The notes under the pieces: model-generated
Told to the model about the DNA's origin: nothing
Database searches by the model: none
What the model saw: the letters and a program-made list of their open reading frames with translations, nothing else
Shown: positions 33,225 through 45,311 of the stretch, piece after piece
Numbering within the stretch: position 1 is the stretch's first letter
Layout: every line of letters starts with the position of its first letter
Position numbers and translations under genes: made by a program
Assembly (NCBI GenBank): GCA_008690995.1
Contig: VRMN01000003.1
Span: 2,170,001 to 2,234,000, forward strand
Reading direction: 5' to 3'
Source of the DNA: Porphyridium purpureum
Taxonomy: Eukaryota
Length of the DNA: 64,000 nt

Positions 33225-35386
33225 TCACGACCGGGCGGACGGTTTGGAGCTCTCGGCCAACCAGTCGCCGTCAGTGCCACTGCCATCATCTTCATCGTCG
33301 TCGCCAGCGTCATCGCCGCCGCTGCCGTCGTCAGTGCGGTTGGCATTCAACCTGCTGCCTTTCTCATATTCATCCTGGCCTTCTGCAGACGTCGCACGAC
33401 GATCGCTCTGGCCATCACCTGCTCCCAGTTCTGCGTCACCCAAGTTTCCGTATTCTTCGTTCTCGCGCGCAGCCGCCTCCATGTCTTGTCGTCGGATCTG
33501 CTTCTTCAGTCGCTTTCGAAAGCCGCGCCGTCGGCTGAACAACGGGTTGACCGCCTCGTCTCGCAAGAACAGATTCTCGATTTCCTGCGCCAGCGGCTCA
33601 AGCACGGGCATAATAATATTCGTCACGGTGCCCGCACGACCCGCGCGCCCCGTTCGCCCCACACGGTGAAAGTACGAAGTCACATTGGGCGCAAAGTCGT
33701 ACTGAATCACGTGGTCTACGTGGCCCAGATCCATCCCACGGCTCGCCATGTCTGTGCACACCAGCATGGCATTCGACGAGGCGGCGTGGAAGCGGTTCAG
33801 GTTCTGCATCCGTTCTGGCGCGGACATTTGCTTGTGCAGCATGATCAGTTCTTCGTCACTGCTGGCCAAGAGACCGCTTTCGACAATGCGTTGCTCGAGA
33901 TCCATGGCAGACTTGACGGTCCACGCAAATGTCATGGTCTTGTTGTTTCCGTCCTTTCGCAACCGGTTGGCTCGGACTGCGTTGCTAAACGCGCTCCACT
34001 GCTCATCGGCGTCGGTCACGTGGTGCCAACTCGTTTCTAATCGCGGGTTTAAGCGATGCCTGCGCGGCGTGCTTATTTCTTTCGCGTGCGGGTACCTCTT
34101 CAGAATGTAGGTCACCATCGAGCGCACCCGGTCCCCGTCTCGATGAGGGTACGTGGCGCCCACGAAAAGCAGCACGCGCTTTCTTGCGGCCAAGTACTCT
34201 TCATACAAAACCTCGTCCTTGTCGTACTGCGTCGGCAGCCGCACTTGTTCTCCTACGCGCTGACGCAACTCAATCACGCGCTCGATCGCCTTGCGCACTT
34301 GGAAAGTGGCCCTGGGCTTCAGCGTGTCCAAAATGATCGTCATCTGATCCAGAAACGAGCCTTCGAGCAGCATGTCGGCCTCGTCGGCGACAAGCACCTC
34401 GAGCTTCGAGAAAATCTGCGCTTTCGCGCCCTGCAACACGCCACCGGGAGTCGCGACAATGACGTGTCGCTTCTCCGGAAAGCTCCATGGTAGCGCGCCA
34501 TTCTCCCACTGATCGATGCCCGCACCGGTCAGCGCGCCAAAATTCAGCCGGAGGTGCTTCGGGAAGCGTCGTCCCACCCGAATGACTTGCATGGCGAGTT
34601 CACGCGTCGGAACCAGAATCAATGCAAAGGGAGGCGAGAGCGACTCGTTCAGTTTTCTCTTCGCGAGCGCGAGCTCAATGAGCGGAATCAGATATGCAAG
34701 CGTCTTGCCAGAGCCCGTTTCGGCATTGAGCATGCAAACCTCATCTGGCCATGGTTCGGTCGCTGTGCCGCGCTTCGTGGGGTGGGTGCGCACTGCGCGA
34801 ACTAAGCGCCCAACAGAGCATTGTTGCGCGGCGGACGGTGTCGTGAAGCCGAGCTCATTCTCCAGGGCGTCCACGAGCTCCGGAGACAGGTCCATCGACT
34901 TCCACGTTTCGTCCTTGGGGAACATGAGGCTGTCAGTGTAGTCTGGGTCCGGAGTGGGAAACACCGCAGAATCCTCTTCATCAACCTCATCGCCTGGAAA
35001 CGCGTCGTCGTCCTGTCCGTCGGTCAGCGGGGCGTACACCACCGCTGCGTCGTTTGGGTCAGACGCGCGGAACGGAAACCCACCAGCATCTGCGGTTGCT
35101 TTTGATCTTAGAGAGGTTGATTCGCATCGCCGGCCTCTCAACGCCGGCCCCGAGTACACACTGGCTGCGTTGGGCCGCGTGGCTCTCATCCTCGCAAACT
35201 CGGGCTCGGCTGCGCCGCGACTCAAACTCATACGTGTATACTGTCCCGCAGACTGTTGCGCACATCCAGGCAAAGATGCCCAATTTGCCAAAGTATGCGT
35301 GGCACGCTGCACCAGTATCCGCGACCTTTCGCGGTTGCGGCAGCATCCCAGATCCCGACACGCGAACGACGACGGCCGCGGCGGCA

Positions 35387-35435
<49 letters not shown>

Positions 35436-35546
35436 CACCAGCACGACACTCCCTGTGCCACGCACAAACGCGCGCGCTCGCAGCACGCCGACGCTCGCCA
35501 TGGAATCCACAAACCCGCTCACCGCTGTCTGCTGCCCAGTATCCAT
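33225..35546 (-). CDS. DEAD-box RNA helicase, probably organelle-targeted
   Basis: Q motif GFTTPSAAQ, AETGSGKT, PTRELA, ATPG, DEAD, SRGMD, HRVGRTGRAG. Long Ser/Arg-rich leader. Confidence 0.92.
35387..35433. repeat. (GAC)n trinucleotide repeat encoding poly-Ser in the helicase leader
   Basis: About 15 tandem GAC units (TCG codons on the minus strand). Confidence 0.9.
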
Positions 35547-36066
35547 CTCTCCACAGACGTCCCTCCCCCCCACGCCCTTTCCCTTTCCTCGTCGGCCTCA
35601 CCCACACCGCGCCGCCCACCCGGCCATCGCCACCCCCCCGCACCGCGCCGCGCACTCGCTGACGCAGAACGTGTAGGGTTTCTCTAGAATCCTCGTAATA
35701 TCCAGGAGCGTCCGCAAGTCCGAACGTTACGCCGAGAACTCGCTGCTTTGCTATGAAAAGGCGTGGGTACTTATAGGGCAAGGCCATTTTATTAGCACAG
35801 TAGCTGAACACTACGGTCATCGTACTGTACACCACCGTGCTTACACAATGGCATCGGTTCTTGTTTCGCATCGCTGCTGCCGCGAGCACATTGGCGCATG
35901 CGCTGATGCGTGGTTTGGTGGACTCGTCCGCGACAGCCAGCTCGAGCTCGAACAGGCTGGCGTCGGAACCGGCATTCGAGCAGCTGCGCATCGGATCCAT
36001 GGCAGAGATGCCCTCCCGGCCCATTCATACGGCAGGTGCAAGGGTCAAGTGAGCTGGACGGCTCCG

Positions 36067-39000
36067 CTAGATGTCTTGCAGGCGGAGGCGTGGCAAGATG
36101 TTCATGCTCTGGAGTTCTTGGAAAAGCAGCTTGCACGCGTAGGGCAGCTTGAGCGGCGCCATGGTGGTGGAGGACTTGCACAGCTGGCACCAGCCCTTGT
36201 ACCCAAGAACGCCGCACTGCGCACACACCTCCGCGTCAAAGGCGTCGCTGCTGTACATCAGCCGCTCCATGAGCACGGCGCTCGCGCCAAAGCCTAAAAG
36301 TGAGTCGCGCTCCATCTCGCCCAGCCGCAGCCCGCCGTCGCGTGAGCGGCCCTCTGTGGGCTGCCGTGTCAGCAGCGCACGCGGTCCGCGAGAACGAGCA
36401 TGCATCTTGTCCTTCACCATGTGCTTCAGCTTTTGGTAGAAGATCGGGCCTTGGAAGACGTACGACCGTAGCGGCTCACCTGTGATGCCAGAATACATCA
36501 TGTCCTTGCCCGAGTACGAAAAGCCGGCTTTCACAAGCAGCTTTGCGCAATCATCCACGGAGCATCCTTCGAACGCCGTCCCTTCGTTGAACACGCCTTC
36601 AAACACGCCCGCCTTGCCGGCGATAAACTCAATCATCTTTCCTACCGTCATTCGGCTCGGGAAGCCGTGCGGGTTCATGATCAGATCCGGACAAACGCCC
36701 TGGTCGTTCCACGGCATGTCGACCTGGTCCGCGATCAAACCGCACACGCCCTTCTGTCCGTGCCGCGATGAAAACTTGTCGCCCAATTCGGGCACGCGGG
36801 TTTCGCGGATGAGCACTTTCATCAAGTAGTGGTCAGCCTCGTTAGCCGTGAACACGACCTTATCTACAATACCACCCTCCTGGCCCTTGTACACGAGTGG
36901 AGTGGGACGATATGCTACTGTGGCAGGTGCGGAGCCGCTGGAGCCCGCGCCGCTTCCTCGCATTCCTCCGGATGCGCCGCCCCCAGGCAAAAAGGCCAGC
37001 TGCGCCTGGTTCGTAGTGGCTGGAGTCACGGTATCCACGGGACTCTCCTTGTTCACGAAAATCTGGCCCGGTTTGAGCCGCTGACCGACGCCGGCCACGC
37101 CGTCGCTTTCCAATACACTATGCTTTTCGCGACGCTTCTCGTCCATGCTCGCCAAGTCCGGGGCGCTGATACGGTCGCAAGTGCCATTCGGGTAGGTTTT
37201 CAGCAAAGTGGCGTGCTTACGCACCACACAGCAGCGCCCAAAGCCGCGATCTAAGCTGGCACGATTCAACACGACAGCGTCTTCTATGTCATATCCGCTG
37301 TAGCTCATCACGGCCAGGCACGCATTCTGCCCTCCCGGTAGACGGTCAAAGCCGACCAGCGAAATCGTTTTGGTTTGTACCAGAGGGCGTTGCGGGTAAG
37401 AGAGAAAATACAGCAGCGTATCGACGCGGTGGTGCTGGTTGTACGCAATCGCGCCAATCGCTTGCTTTCCCATCGCACACTGATATGTATTGCGTGGCGA
37501 CTGGTTGTGGTGCGGGAACGGGATCAGACCGGCGCACACACCCAAAATCGTAAAGGGAGCTATTTCGAGGTGCGTTGTGCCGGCCTCAATCTTGCTCTCT
37601 GTCCACGAGATAAACGTGTTATTTTCCTCATTCACATCCAAATACTCGATGATACCGTCGCGTAAAAAGTCATGCCAGGTGCGCAGTTTGAGCGCAAGCT
37701 CCTGCAGGTGTCGTGGCTGCACCAAGGACTTGCCCTTGTGCACAATGATCAACGGACGGCACACACGCCCGCCGTCACACGCAAGAAAGACCGTGCGCTG
37801 CTTTTCGCTGTGAAAGACTGACACAAATTGCCCGATACGCCCCAAACGACGCAAGTGGCGTAGCTGCTCACACAGCTGTTTTGGGTATCGATGCACGCCC
37901 ACAATCAGCCCGTTGAGATGCACCAGATGGTTTCGCGGGTGATTCAACTCCAAGCCGGTAAGAATGCCTACTTCTTGAACGCCCAGCTCGTAGCAGAACC
38001 GTGCGACGGGCTCGGCGTCGTCGTCCGTCGTCACGTGCGTCATCAGCGCAAGGTTCTTCACCAACCCGCACGACTCGCCTTCGGGCGTGTCTGAAGGGCA
38101 CAGCATACCCCACTGAGAAGGCTGCAGTGAGCGAGGCCCGGACACTTTGCGTGTCTTTTCAAACTGTGAAGTGATGCGCGTCATCATACCAAGCGCCGAA
38201 ATAAACGAAAGCCGCGACAGGACTTGCGTGACACCAGCACGTTCCATCTTGAAGCGCTTCACCGTCCAATTGCCCGTCGAAATGGCAAATTCAAGGCCTG
38301 CAGAAATTGTGTCCTGTCTAAAGTTGGTCACAATATCAAATTGTGCTGCGACCACGGGTTTGGCCAGAACCACATCGGCGTGTCGTTTGAGATCCGAACA
38401 AAACTTTTTGAACAAATCTTCAAACAGCAACGCCAGGAGTTGGCCTGCAAGCTCGAGTCGTTTGTTGCCGTAGTAGTCGCGGTCATCCACTGTCTCTGGG
38501 TCCTGCTTGGCGATAAGAATGCGCCGAATCATCTGCGCAACGAGCACGCACTTGTGCTTAAAGTTAAAGTTGTGCACGGGCACATGGGCGAGAATAATAC
38601 TCGCGAGCACCTCGCGCGCTTGATCGAGCTTGCGCCGGCTTTGGTACTGCCGATGAAATGCCTTGGACGAAACGCGCACTTTCGCGCCCAGCCACTCTAG
38701 CGCCTCGGCTTCCGTGCGGACATTAAACGCCGCGGACGCACATTCCTCAATAGACGGCACAAGCGCCTCTTGGAATTCTTGCTCAGTCCCGACAAACTGG
38801 ACTATTTCCGCTTCGCTCACCATGCCCATCGCTTTGAACAAAATAATCACCGGTACGTCCTCGGAGAGCGAGTTGTGTCGAAGGTAGAAGCGGCCGTGCT
38901 TGACCACCAGCATAGTCCTGCTCTTCCGTTCGTGCGTGGACGACTGCACGCTTGCACACAGCTCGCCCTTGGAATCATACTCGACCAAAATTCGGTTCTT

Positions 39001-39825
39001 GGACAACTGTTCTTGGATCAGAATCACCTTTTCAGTGCCCTTAATAATAAAGTAGCCTCCCGGGTCGAGCGGGCATTCGCCCAGCTCCGCCAATTCTTGT
39101 TCATCTTTGTTCCACAGTCTGCAGTTCCGACTGCGAAGCATGATCGGCATACGCCCGATCGGTTGGTCACGCTTGAAAACTTTCATCTTCCCCTTGGTGT
39201 ACTCGACGTCCACAGTGATGGGCGCCGCGTACGTAATATCGCGCAATCTGCAAATCTGGGGCGTCACGCCGCGATACGCCATATCTTCCTCGACCACGGG
39301 TTCCCCGATGCGCACATCCACAAACTTGACATAGAAGCCGGCATCTGCGTCGCTGGTCACTTTTTCATTCGCGCGAATGATGTTCTTAATCTCGGTGCTC
39401 ACCAGGTAATTGAAAGAGTCGATGTGCTGGCTTACTAACCCGCGCGCTTCCAGCATGCTCGGTAGCAGTTTCCACTTTTCGTCCGCCCACTTGATCGGCC
39501 GAGCGGCGTGCTCGAGATCCACATTCTTCCCGAACGCATTGGGGTCAGTTTCGAATGCAAAGCCCATCGGCGACGGCTCCAACTCGACGTCCTTCTTCTC
39601 GCCGTAGCTCGACGCAAGGCCTGGCTCTGCAGCAGCATACTCTACCTCCATGTTTAGGCACCCGGTCTCCAGTTTTGGCTCATCTTTCGCGCCGATTGGG
39701 CCCGGCTCCGAGATTTGCCGCGACGTCGCAGACGGCTTGGACGGGTACTCCACGGACTCATCCTTCACATCCTTTTCAGGCTGGCTCTTGCGCAGCGGCG
39801 CTGTCGCGCTCTTCTTGGGCGCCAT
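36067..39825 (-). CDS. RPC2: RNA polymerase III second-largest subunit
   Basis: KWKLLP...[69 protein letters not shown] and C-terminal Zn finger. The motifs are the Pol III-type variants. Confidence 0.97.
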   Translation of the reverse strand: MAPKKSATAPLRKSQPEKDVKDESVEYPSKPSATSRQISEPGPIGAKDEPKLETGCLNMEVEYAAAEPGLASSYGEKKDVELEPSPMGFAFETDPNAFGKNVDLEHAARPIKWADEKWKLLPSMLEARGLVSQHIDSFNYLVSTEIKNIIRANEKVTSDADAGFYVKFVDVRIGEPVVEEDMAYRGVTPQICRLRDITYAAPITVDVEYTKGKMKVFKRDQPIGRMPIMLRSRNCRLWNKDEQELAELGECPLDPGGYFIIKGTEKVILIQEQLSKNRILVEYDSKGELCASVQSSTHERKSRTMLVVKHGRFYLRHNSLSEDVPVIILFKAMGMVSEAEIVQFVGTEQEFQEALVPSIEECASAAFNVRTEAEALEWLGAKVRVSSKAFHRQYQSRRKLDQAREVLASIILAHVPVHNFNFKHKCVLVAQMIRRILIAKQDPETVDDRDYYGNKRLELAGQLLALLFEDLFKKFCSDLKRHADVVLAKPVVAAQFDIVTNFRQDTISAGLEFAISTGNWTVKRFKMERAGVTQVLSRLSFISALGMMTRITSQFEKTRKVSGPRSLQPSQWGMLCPSDTPEGESCGLVKNLALMTHVTTDDDAEPVARFCYELGVQEVGILTGLELNHPRNHLVHLNGLIVGVHRYPKQLCEQLRHLRRLGRIGQFVSVFHSEKQRTVFLACDGGRVCRPLIIVHKGKSLVQPRHLQELALKLRTWHDFLRDGIIEYLDVNEENNTFISWTESKIEAGTTHLEIAPFTILGVCAGLIPFPHHNQSPRNTYQCAMGKQAIGAIAYNQHHRVDTLLYFLSYPQRPLVQTKTISLVGFDRLPGGQNACLAVMSYSGYDIEDAVVLNRASLDRGFGRCCVVRKHATLLKTYPNGTCDRISAPDLASMDEKRREKHSVLESDGVAGVGQRLKPGQIFVNKESPVDTVTPATTNQAQLAFLPGGGASGGMRGSGAGSSGSAPATVAYRPTPLVYKGQEGGIVDKVVFTANEADHYLMKVLIRETRVPELGDKFSSRHGQKGVCGLIADQVDMPWNDQGVCPDLIMNPHGFPSRMTVGKMIEFIAGKAGVFEGVFNEGTAFEGCSVDDCAKLLVKAGFSYSGKDMMYSGITGEPLRSYVFQGPIFYQKLKHMVKDKMHARSRGPRALLTRQPTEGRSRDGGLRLGEMERDSLLGFGASAVLMERLMYSSDAFDAEVCAQCGVLGYKGWCQLCKSSTTMAPLKLPYACKLLFQELQSMNILPRLRLQDI

Positions 39826-40004
39826 CTTGGGCGAACGCACCCTCAGCGAGCAGCAGGAGAAACACTATTACCCGTGTCTTTAGCTGTGTGCGTGCGCGAA
39901 AGCGTGCATGTTTGGCACGCTTGTGCACGCGGCCGACCTGTCGCGACGAAGCCGCAACCAACCGGTTCAATTTTTGTTTCGTTCTACGGTTTAATCGGTT
40001 TATC

Positions 40005-41363
40005 TTATCGGTTCAAGTTACTAGCCTTTTTGCGCGCAAGCTCCTGAAATTGAGCAAGCAGCTTGGCTTCACGCGCTTCGCGTTCCTGCATGTTGAGGCG
40101 CGTGAGCGCGGCCTGCTCCTCTGCAGTGTACACCTGGTTTTCCTTGCGCATGCGCACCGCCTCCATGCGGAGGTTTCGCGACCCGCTCATGACATAGCCT
40201 GCCTGCTCATACGCCTCGATCTGTTCCGACTTGAGCCCGATCTCGCCTCGGCGCGGAATCCTTTTGCCTTCTTGAACATATGACGCCATGGCCAATCCTT
40301 CGCCTGGGCGCAGCGCACCTCCGTAAGAGCCAGCAGATATTCTCGAAGTGTTCACCGTGGGCTCCAGCGGCTTTGGCGGCCCAATGAGCGCGGCAGCCGC
40401 CCGTGGTGGCAGTAGGGTACTTGCCTGCTTTACGGTCGGTTCTTCCGATACTAGCACTTCACCAGAAAGCCTTTCACGCGGTGCAGCGGCTCCAGGCGTG
40501 TCGTTGGTTCTCTGCCTCGAAACGGAATATGATGCAGCAGGTTTCGCGACCGGCAACGACTCGGGTCCAGCGAGACTGCTTTCTCTCTTCCTTGTCACGG
40601 CACTATTTACCTCCAGTGCAGGCATTGCTTGCGCAGCAGAATCCTTTTCGAGTGGTGGTGCGAAACGGCTTCGATCTTTCTTCCGATGGGATGCTTCACC
40701 AGCTGCGCTGTCCTGGGCACCAGACGCCTCTTCAATGTGCGCCCTGGAACCCCTTGACTTTTTCCTTCGTGCTTCTGTACTCTCTTCATATTCTCTCTTT
40801 CGCTTCTTTCCTTCCTTTCTTCCTCTCGCCCGCGAGCGCGAACTGCTATGGCGACTTGACTTGTGCAAACGCCTCTGCGGTTCTGTGGACGAGGTGTGAG
40901 ACGATGTGTCTGACGAAGTAGACGATTCGGATGTTGACGCACTATGTTTCGCTTTCCTCCTTTTGACCACCTGACAGCTTTTGTGTCTACCACGAGGGCG
41001 GGAATCGGATCTCGAGTCCTTTCTCTTCCCGCGGACACTCCTTTTTCTTTTCCTGTGCCGCGCGCTCGATGATGAAGAGGAAGACGAAGAAGAGGTCGTC
41101 GACGACAAGACGGAGCACGACGATGAAAGCGAGTCTGAATCTGTCTGCGAATTGGACCGTCCCGCAGCTCGAGCACGCGCGTTCCCTTTTTCCCGACCGG
41201 CGGACGCCGCAGCGTCTGGTCGCTCAGCACCGCGCGCGCTCTTCCGCTCCACTACGGCCTCGCCATCCGTGTCTACCTGCGAGGGCGATGACGCCCATAT
41301 ACTCTCGACGCGCGCACGCTCCCGTTCATCTCGACGGTGCTGCCAATACAACGTCGACGACAT
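40005..41363 (-). CDS. NKAP: NKAP-like splicing/transcription factor (DUF926 C-terminal domain)
   Basis: YGGALRPGEGLAMASYVQEGKRIPRRGEIGL...GYVMSGSR...RKENQVY after an R/S/K-rich region. Confidence 0.92.
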   Translation of the reverse strand: MSSTLYWQHRRDERERARVESIWASSPSQVDTDGEAVVERKSARGAERPDAAASAGREKGNARARAAGRSNSQTDSDSLSSSCSVLSSTTSSSSSSSSSSARHRKRKRSVRGKRKDSRSDSRPRGRHKSCQVVKRRKAKHSASTSESSTSSDTSSHTSSTEPQRRLHKSSRHSSSRSRARGRKEGKKRKREYEESTEARRKKSRGSRAHIEEASGAQDSAAGEASHRKKDRSRFAPPLEKDSAAQAMPALEVNSAVTRKRESSLAGPESLPVAKPAASYSVSRQRTNDTPGAAAPRERLSGEVLVSEEPTVKQASTLLPPRAAAALIGPPKPLEPTVNTSRISAGSYGGALRPGEGLAMASYVQEGKRIPRRGEIGLKSEQIEAYEQAGYVMSGSRNLRMEAVRMRKENQVYTAEEQAALTRLNMQEREAREAKLLAQFQELARKKASNLNR

Positions 41364-41703
41364 GGCGCTTCCATTTCTTGCCTTCCGCTTTCCCAGCCAC
41401 CTCGACCAACTTGCTCTGCCCTGAAAAGTACAGTCTTTCGGAGTACAGCTGTGTCGAGTACAGGTGCTGACGTAACGCTTCACTGTACCTCATATCAACG
41501 GAACCCATGAAACAAAGCCATTTTGGTATGAACGGGAAAAACGGTTCAGAAAGGCGAGTCGAAAATCGAAGGCGCGGAAAGTCCGCCACTCGGAAATCTT
41601 CTCGAGCGAGTGCGAGTGTGTGTGTGTGTGTATATTTGTGTGTGTGTGGGAGCGAGAGTGGACTCGCGTGGTGCGCTGGGTTCGCCGGAGAACGCGAGAC
41701 AAC

Positions 41704-42825
41704 ATGGCGGCGGGAAGCATGTCATTGTTTGTGCCCAGCCTGTCTGTGCGTGAGCGCGCCGTTGCGCGCCGCGCAGACACTGTCAGCGTGTGCCGCCGGA
41801 ACTGCCATGGCCGGGCAAGCCTGTCGATGCGCGCGGCTGGGAACGTCCACGCCGCGCAGACGTGGCTCAGAACAGTCAAGTCGCCGAAAACTGACTTTGT
41901 GCTGACTGTGCGCGCGGCGACGCAGCCGTCGGACCTGGAAAGGGCAGAGCGGATTTGGAGTCAGACCTTGCCGGTTGAGTCCCTGCGGCCCACCGAGCGA
42001 TTCGCAGATAGCGACTCGGCGGCCTCGTGGGAGACCGCCACCGTGCTGGTGGTGGAGTGCAATGGGGTCCTGGTGGGCGCGGCGCGCTTCCTATTTGAGC
42101 GCACCAACGTTTGCTTTGACCGCGTCGCTGTCCTGCAAAGCCACCGCGGGCGCGGCATTGGGCGCAAGCTGTTGGAGACCATGCTGCTGTTCGCGTCGCC
42201 AGCGTGCGGTGCCATTTTTATCGAGGCGCTTCCGTTCCAGCTCGGCTTCTTTTCTATCCTGGGCTTCGAATGCCAAGGCAAGGAAAAGTTTGACGAAAGC
42301 CGGCGCGCGCCCGTGCGGACAATGGTGTTCCGCGTCCCGACCAGTCCCGTGCCACCAATGGAGGCCTCGTCGCCTGGCCTGCACCACGTGACAGTGTGCG
42401 TGTCGGACATTGAGAGGTCGCTCGCGTTCTACGGAGCCATCGGCTTTTCGCTGTCCGAAAAATTTATGAGTGGCGAGCGGCGCGCGTGCTTCTTGGAAGG
42501 CTACGCGACGCGAGTCGAGCTTGTGGAGCGCCCATCCGACGACCTCAGCGACGACCTGCAGGGCGTGCGGGGCGTGCCGCGCGTCGGCGTCGACCGGCTG
42601 GTGTTTGACGTGAGCCGCGCGACGCCTGACCTGGAGCTGTTTCTGGAGCAGCTCCGAAAGCAGAACGGCGGGCTGATGTCTGTTGTTGCGAGGCCGTCGC
42701 AGCACGTGTACGGCCGGCACGTGGTCAGCACGGCTGCCATCGAGGACCCAGACGGCTTTCCTCTCGAGTTCATGCGCTACGAGGCCAGCCTGTCTGCGCA
42801 ACTCGTCGCGGACGTCGACTGGTAA
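41704..42825 (+). CDS. GNAT acetyltransferase - glyoxalase/VOC domain fusion, transit-peptide-like leader
   Basis: GNAT motif A RVAVLQSHRGRGIGRKLL. VOC motifs LHHVTVCVSDIERSLAFY and EDPDGFPLEF. Confidence 0.82.
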   Translation: MAAGSMSLFVPSLSVRERAVARRADTVSVCRRNCHGRASLSMRAAGNVHAAQTWLRTVKSPKTDFVLTVRAATQPSDLERAERIWSQTLPVESLRPTERFADSDSAASWETATVLVVECNGVLVGAARFLFERTNVCFDRVAVLQSHRGRGIGRKLLETMLLFASPACGAIFIEALPFQLGFFSILGFECQGKEKFDESRRAPVRTMVFRVPTSPVPPMEASSPGLHHVTVCVSDIERSLAFYGAIGFSLSEKFMSGERRACFLEGYATRVELVERPSDDLSDDLQGVRGVPRVGVDRLVFDVSRATPDLELFLEQLRKQNGGLMSVVARPSQHVYGRHVVSTAAIEDPDGFPLEFMRYEASLSAQLVADVDW

Positions 42826-43212
42826 CTGAAAAGGCTTGAGGCCAGACCACCCGAGGTACATGGCAGCACTGTACCTCACATACGGTTCAGTTTATAGGAG
42901 TGGACACTGTACTTTGCGCAACACGAACGCCAGACCATCCAAAAGGGCGACGGAAAATGAATAAAAGACCAAGTGAAACCCGGAACTGCGTGGCCGGCTG
43001 GCTGCGATGCTTTTATTTTCTGAGCAAAACCACACGGTTTGAGTATGGAAGGTTGTTTCGTGGACTGCAGAAGAAGAAGAAGAGGAAGAAGAGGGCTGGG
43101 GAATACCGCGGAGGGTTGACAGGGTAGAGCGGGGGGGCGTTGAAGTTGGTGGTCGGGGGAAGGGCGCGGGAGGAGAGGGAGGGGGTGGTGCAAGGGGGCA
43201 CGCAACGGAGCG

Positions 43213-43563
43213 ATGGGGCTGGGTAAAGCGTTGATGTTGATCCCGGGCGTGCGGCAGCTGCTGCGCGCCATGCAGAGGTTCGAGAGAAACGGGCTCGAGA
43301 CCAACCTGCGAAGGTACGGCTTGCGGTACGACGACCTGCTGAATGAGTACGACCCGGAGGTCAAGAAGGCGATAGAGCAGCTGCCGGCGTGGGAGCAAGA
43401 GCTCAGGATCAAGCGCATCAAGCGCGCGTTCGATATCGACATCAAGAAGACCTACCTTGCTCCGGAAATCGCCGCAAAGGAGGACATCTGGAACCCGTAC
43501 ATCCGGTCGCGCGTCTCGGTGCTCAAGAGAGAGAGGTTCGAGAAGCAGATCACCGAGTACTGA
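43213..43563 (+). CDS. QCR7: Cytochrome bc1 complex subunit 7 (14 kDa)
   Basis: LRRYGLRYDDL...EVKKAIEQLP...RIKRAFD...PY. Confidence 0.93.
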   Translation: MGLGKALMLIPGVRQLLRAMQRFERNGLETNLRRYGLRYDDLLNEYDPEVKKAIEQLPAWEQELRIKRIKRAFDIDIKKTYLAPEIAAKEDIWNPYIRSRVSVLKRERFEKQITEY

Positions 43564-43939
43564 GTGTCGCACACGTGCACCGGCATGCTCGTGCCATGCA
43601 ATCGCCGCTGGCGTTCTCGCTTGCGCGTCACGCGTGCGTTCGCCAACTCGGCCGAGAGATCGGCGCTTTCGAATTTGGCTCGGCCTGCGCGCTTGTGCAA
43701 TGCGGAGTTTGATCGATGTGCTGGCCGAGCGGACGCATGAACGCCGAAGCGGGCGGGATTGTCAGGCCGGCGTCACGAGTAGAACGGTGTTCTCACATGT
43801 CTATGCAAACTTCGTTTTTAATCTGCTATGTCCGATCTTCAGCCATCTATTTACAAGAACATGCGCGACGTCATCGCCCTTGCTTTTTCCATTAAATGCA
43901 CAGGGCGCACGCTCATGGATTTTTAACGCTATGCAGCTC

Positions 43940-45193
43940 TCAAGGAAGGGGGCGAAAGCTTGTGCCATCGCCTGGCCGCATAACAGGGTACCCGCGCACG
44001 AACACAAACTCCATTGCGGACGCGTCAAAGATGCGGCCCCTCTCCGAATATACAACGAGGTCAGCATCAAAGCCGGGGAGGATTCTACCCTTTCCTTTGA
44101 GACAAAGAAAGTCTGCCACGTTGGTTGTGCACAGTTTGAGCGCGTCGTGGATCGCCCAGTCCTTTTCGTTCACCAGACGGTGCAGAGTCTTGTTCAAATT
44201 GGTTGGACGGAAAAAGCCATATGCCGTGACACGCCCGTGCGTATCAAAGGACGAGAACGATCCTTGCGCATCCGACGAAAGGGTCATCTGGCCAACGCTA
44301 AAGCCTTCTCTCACTAGAGTATCAAGGCTGTCCAGGCTGGCGTGCCCACCGCTCTGCGCCCAGCCGTTTTCATCTGCTGTAAAGTCAGCCACACCACCCA
44401 GGCGCAGCCACTCACGGACGTGCTCAAGTACTCGTGGTCCTCGATTTCCGCAATGTGTCGGCTGAAAGACAGTGACCGGAACCTGATGAACGCGTACGGC
44501 ATCAAGCAAGGGCTGCAGTCCGCTGTCCAGCGCGCCAATGTGCACGTGTACGACGCCCGCCTTGCCCGCAATCAAGCCCGCCACGCGAACCTGCGTACCC
44601 AAACGCGCCAGCTCCAACGCTGCCGGAAGCGAGCCGCGGAAATCGGACACGCAAACCTCGCCCACGCCGAGCACCTCGTCTATATGCACAATGTCTTTGT
44701 CCACCGAGCCAGTGACAGTGTTGTTCACGGGCACTGCGTACGAGCCAGAGTATAAAAAAGCAGACATGCCCATCGCATTCAAGCCACGTACTTTTGCGTG
44801 CAGCTCTGCGTCAGTCCGTGTGATGCCATCAGTCCCCAGCAAGCCCACGACTGTCGACACACCCGCGGCAACTAAATCACGGGGCTCGAGCGCGGGAGTG
44901 CGGCTTGCAGGACCCTTCTCGCCACCACCTCCGATCAAATGCGCATGCCCGTCGATCAGGCCTGGAACGGCACACTTCCCTCTGCAGTCAATCACGGTCA
45001 CTTGTACATTGCACGTCGCAGCGGCCTGGCCAAGACCCAGCAAGAACGCAGACACAGACGGCCGCTCGTTCTCCCCAGCCGCTGCGACGCGCACCACCTC
45101 CACGACCTTCTCTCCCCAGATCAGGACGTGGCAGATTCCCTGATTTTCTGGCGCATAAAGCTCCACCTCGCGCAGCAATGTCCATGCCTCCAT
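43940..45193 (-). CDS. iadA: Isoaspartyl dipeptidase (beta-aspartyl peptidase, IadA type amidohydrolase)
   Basis: PGLIDGHAHLIGGGGE.GP.SRTP, VVGLLGTDG, GSY, GEVCVSDFR, HVHIG, PTH, SSDAQGS, KGRILPGFDADL. Confidence 0.92.
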   Translation of the reverse strand: MEAWTLLREVELYAPENQGICHVLIWGEKVVEVVRVAAAGENERPSVSAFLLGLGQAAATCNVQVTVIDCRGKCAVPGLIDGHAHLIGGGGEKGPASRTPALEPRDLVAAGVSTVVGLLGTDGITRTDAELHAKVRGLNAMGMSAFLYSGSYAVPVNNTVTGSVDKDIVHIDEVLGVGEVCVSDFRGSLPAALELARLGTQVRVAGLIAGKAGVVHVHIGALDSGLQPLLDAVRVHQVPVTVFQPTHCGNRGPRVLEHVREWLRLGGVADFTADENGWAQSGGHASLDSLDTLVREGFSVGQMTLSSDAQGSFSSFDTHGRVTAYGFFRPTNLNKTLHRLVNEKDWAIHDALKLCTTNVADFLCLKGKGRILPGFDADLVVYSERGRIFDASAMEFVFVRGYPVMRPGDGTSFRPLP

Positions 45194-45311
45194 ACTGACG
45201 CCGGCCGCATCTCGTCTTCGGACACACTGCTACGTCGCTCTTCTCCGACTTGGCTCAAGTGGAACAGACTCGAGAGCGAGGAAGAGACGTGTCACATGGG
45301 CGGCGGCCGCG

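Noticed and set aside
35059..36024. 321-aa ORF with a poly-Val tract
   Set aside because: Alternative-frame reading of the (GAC)n repeat overlapping the helicase gene.
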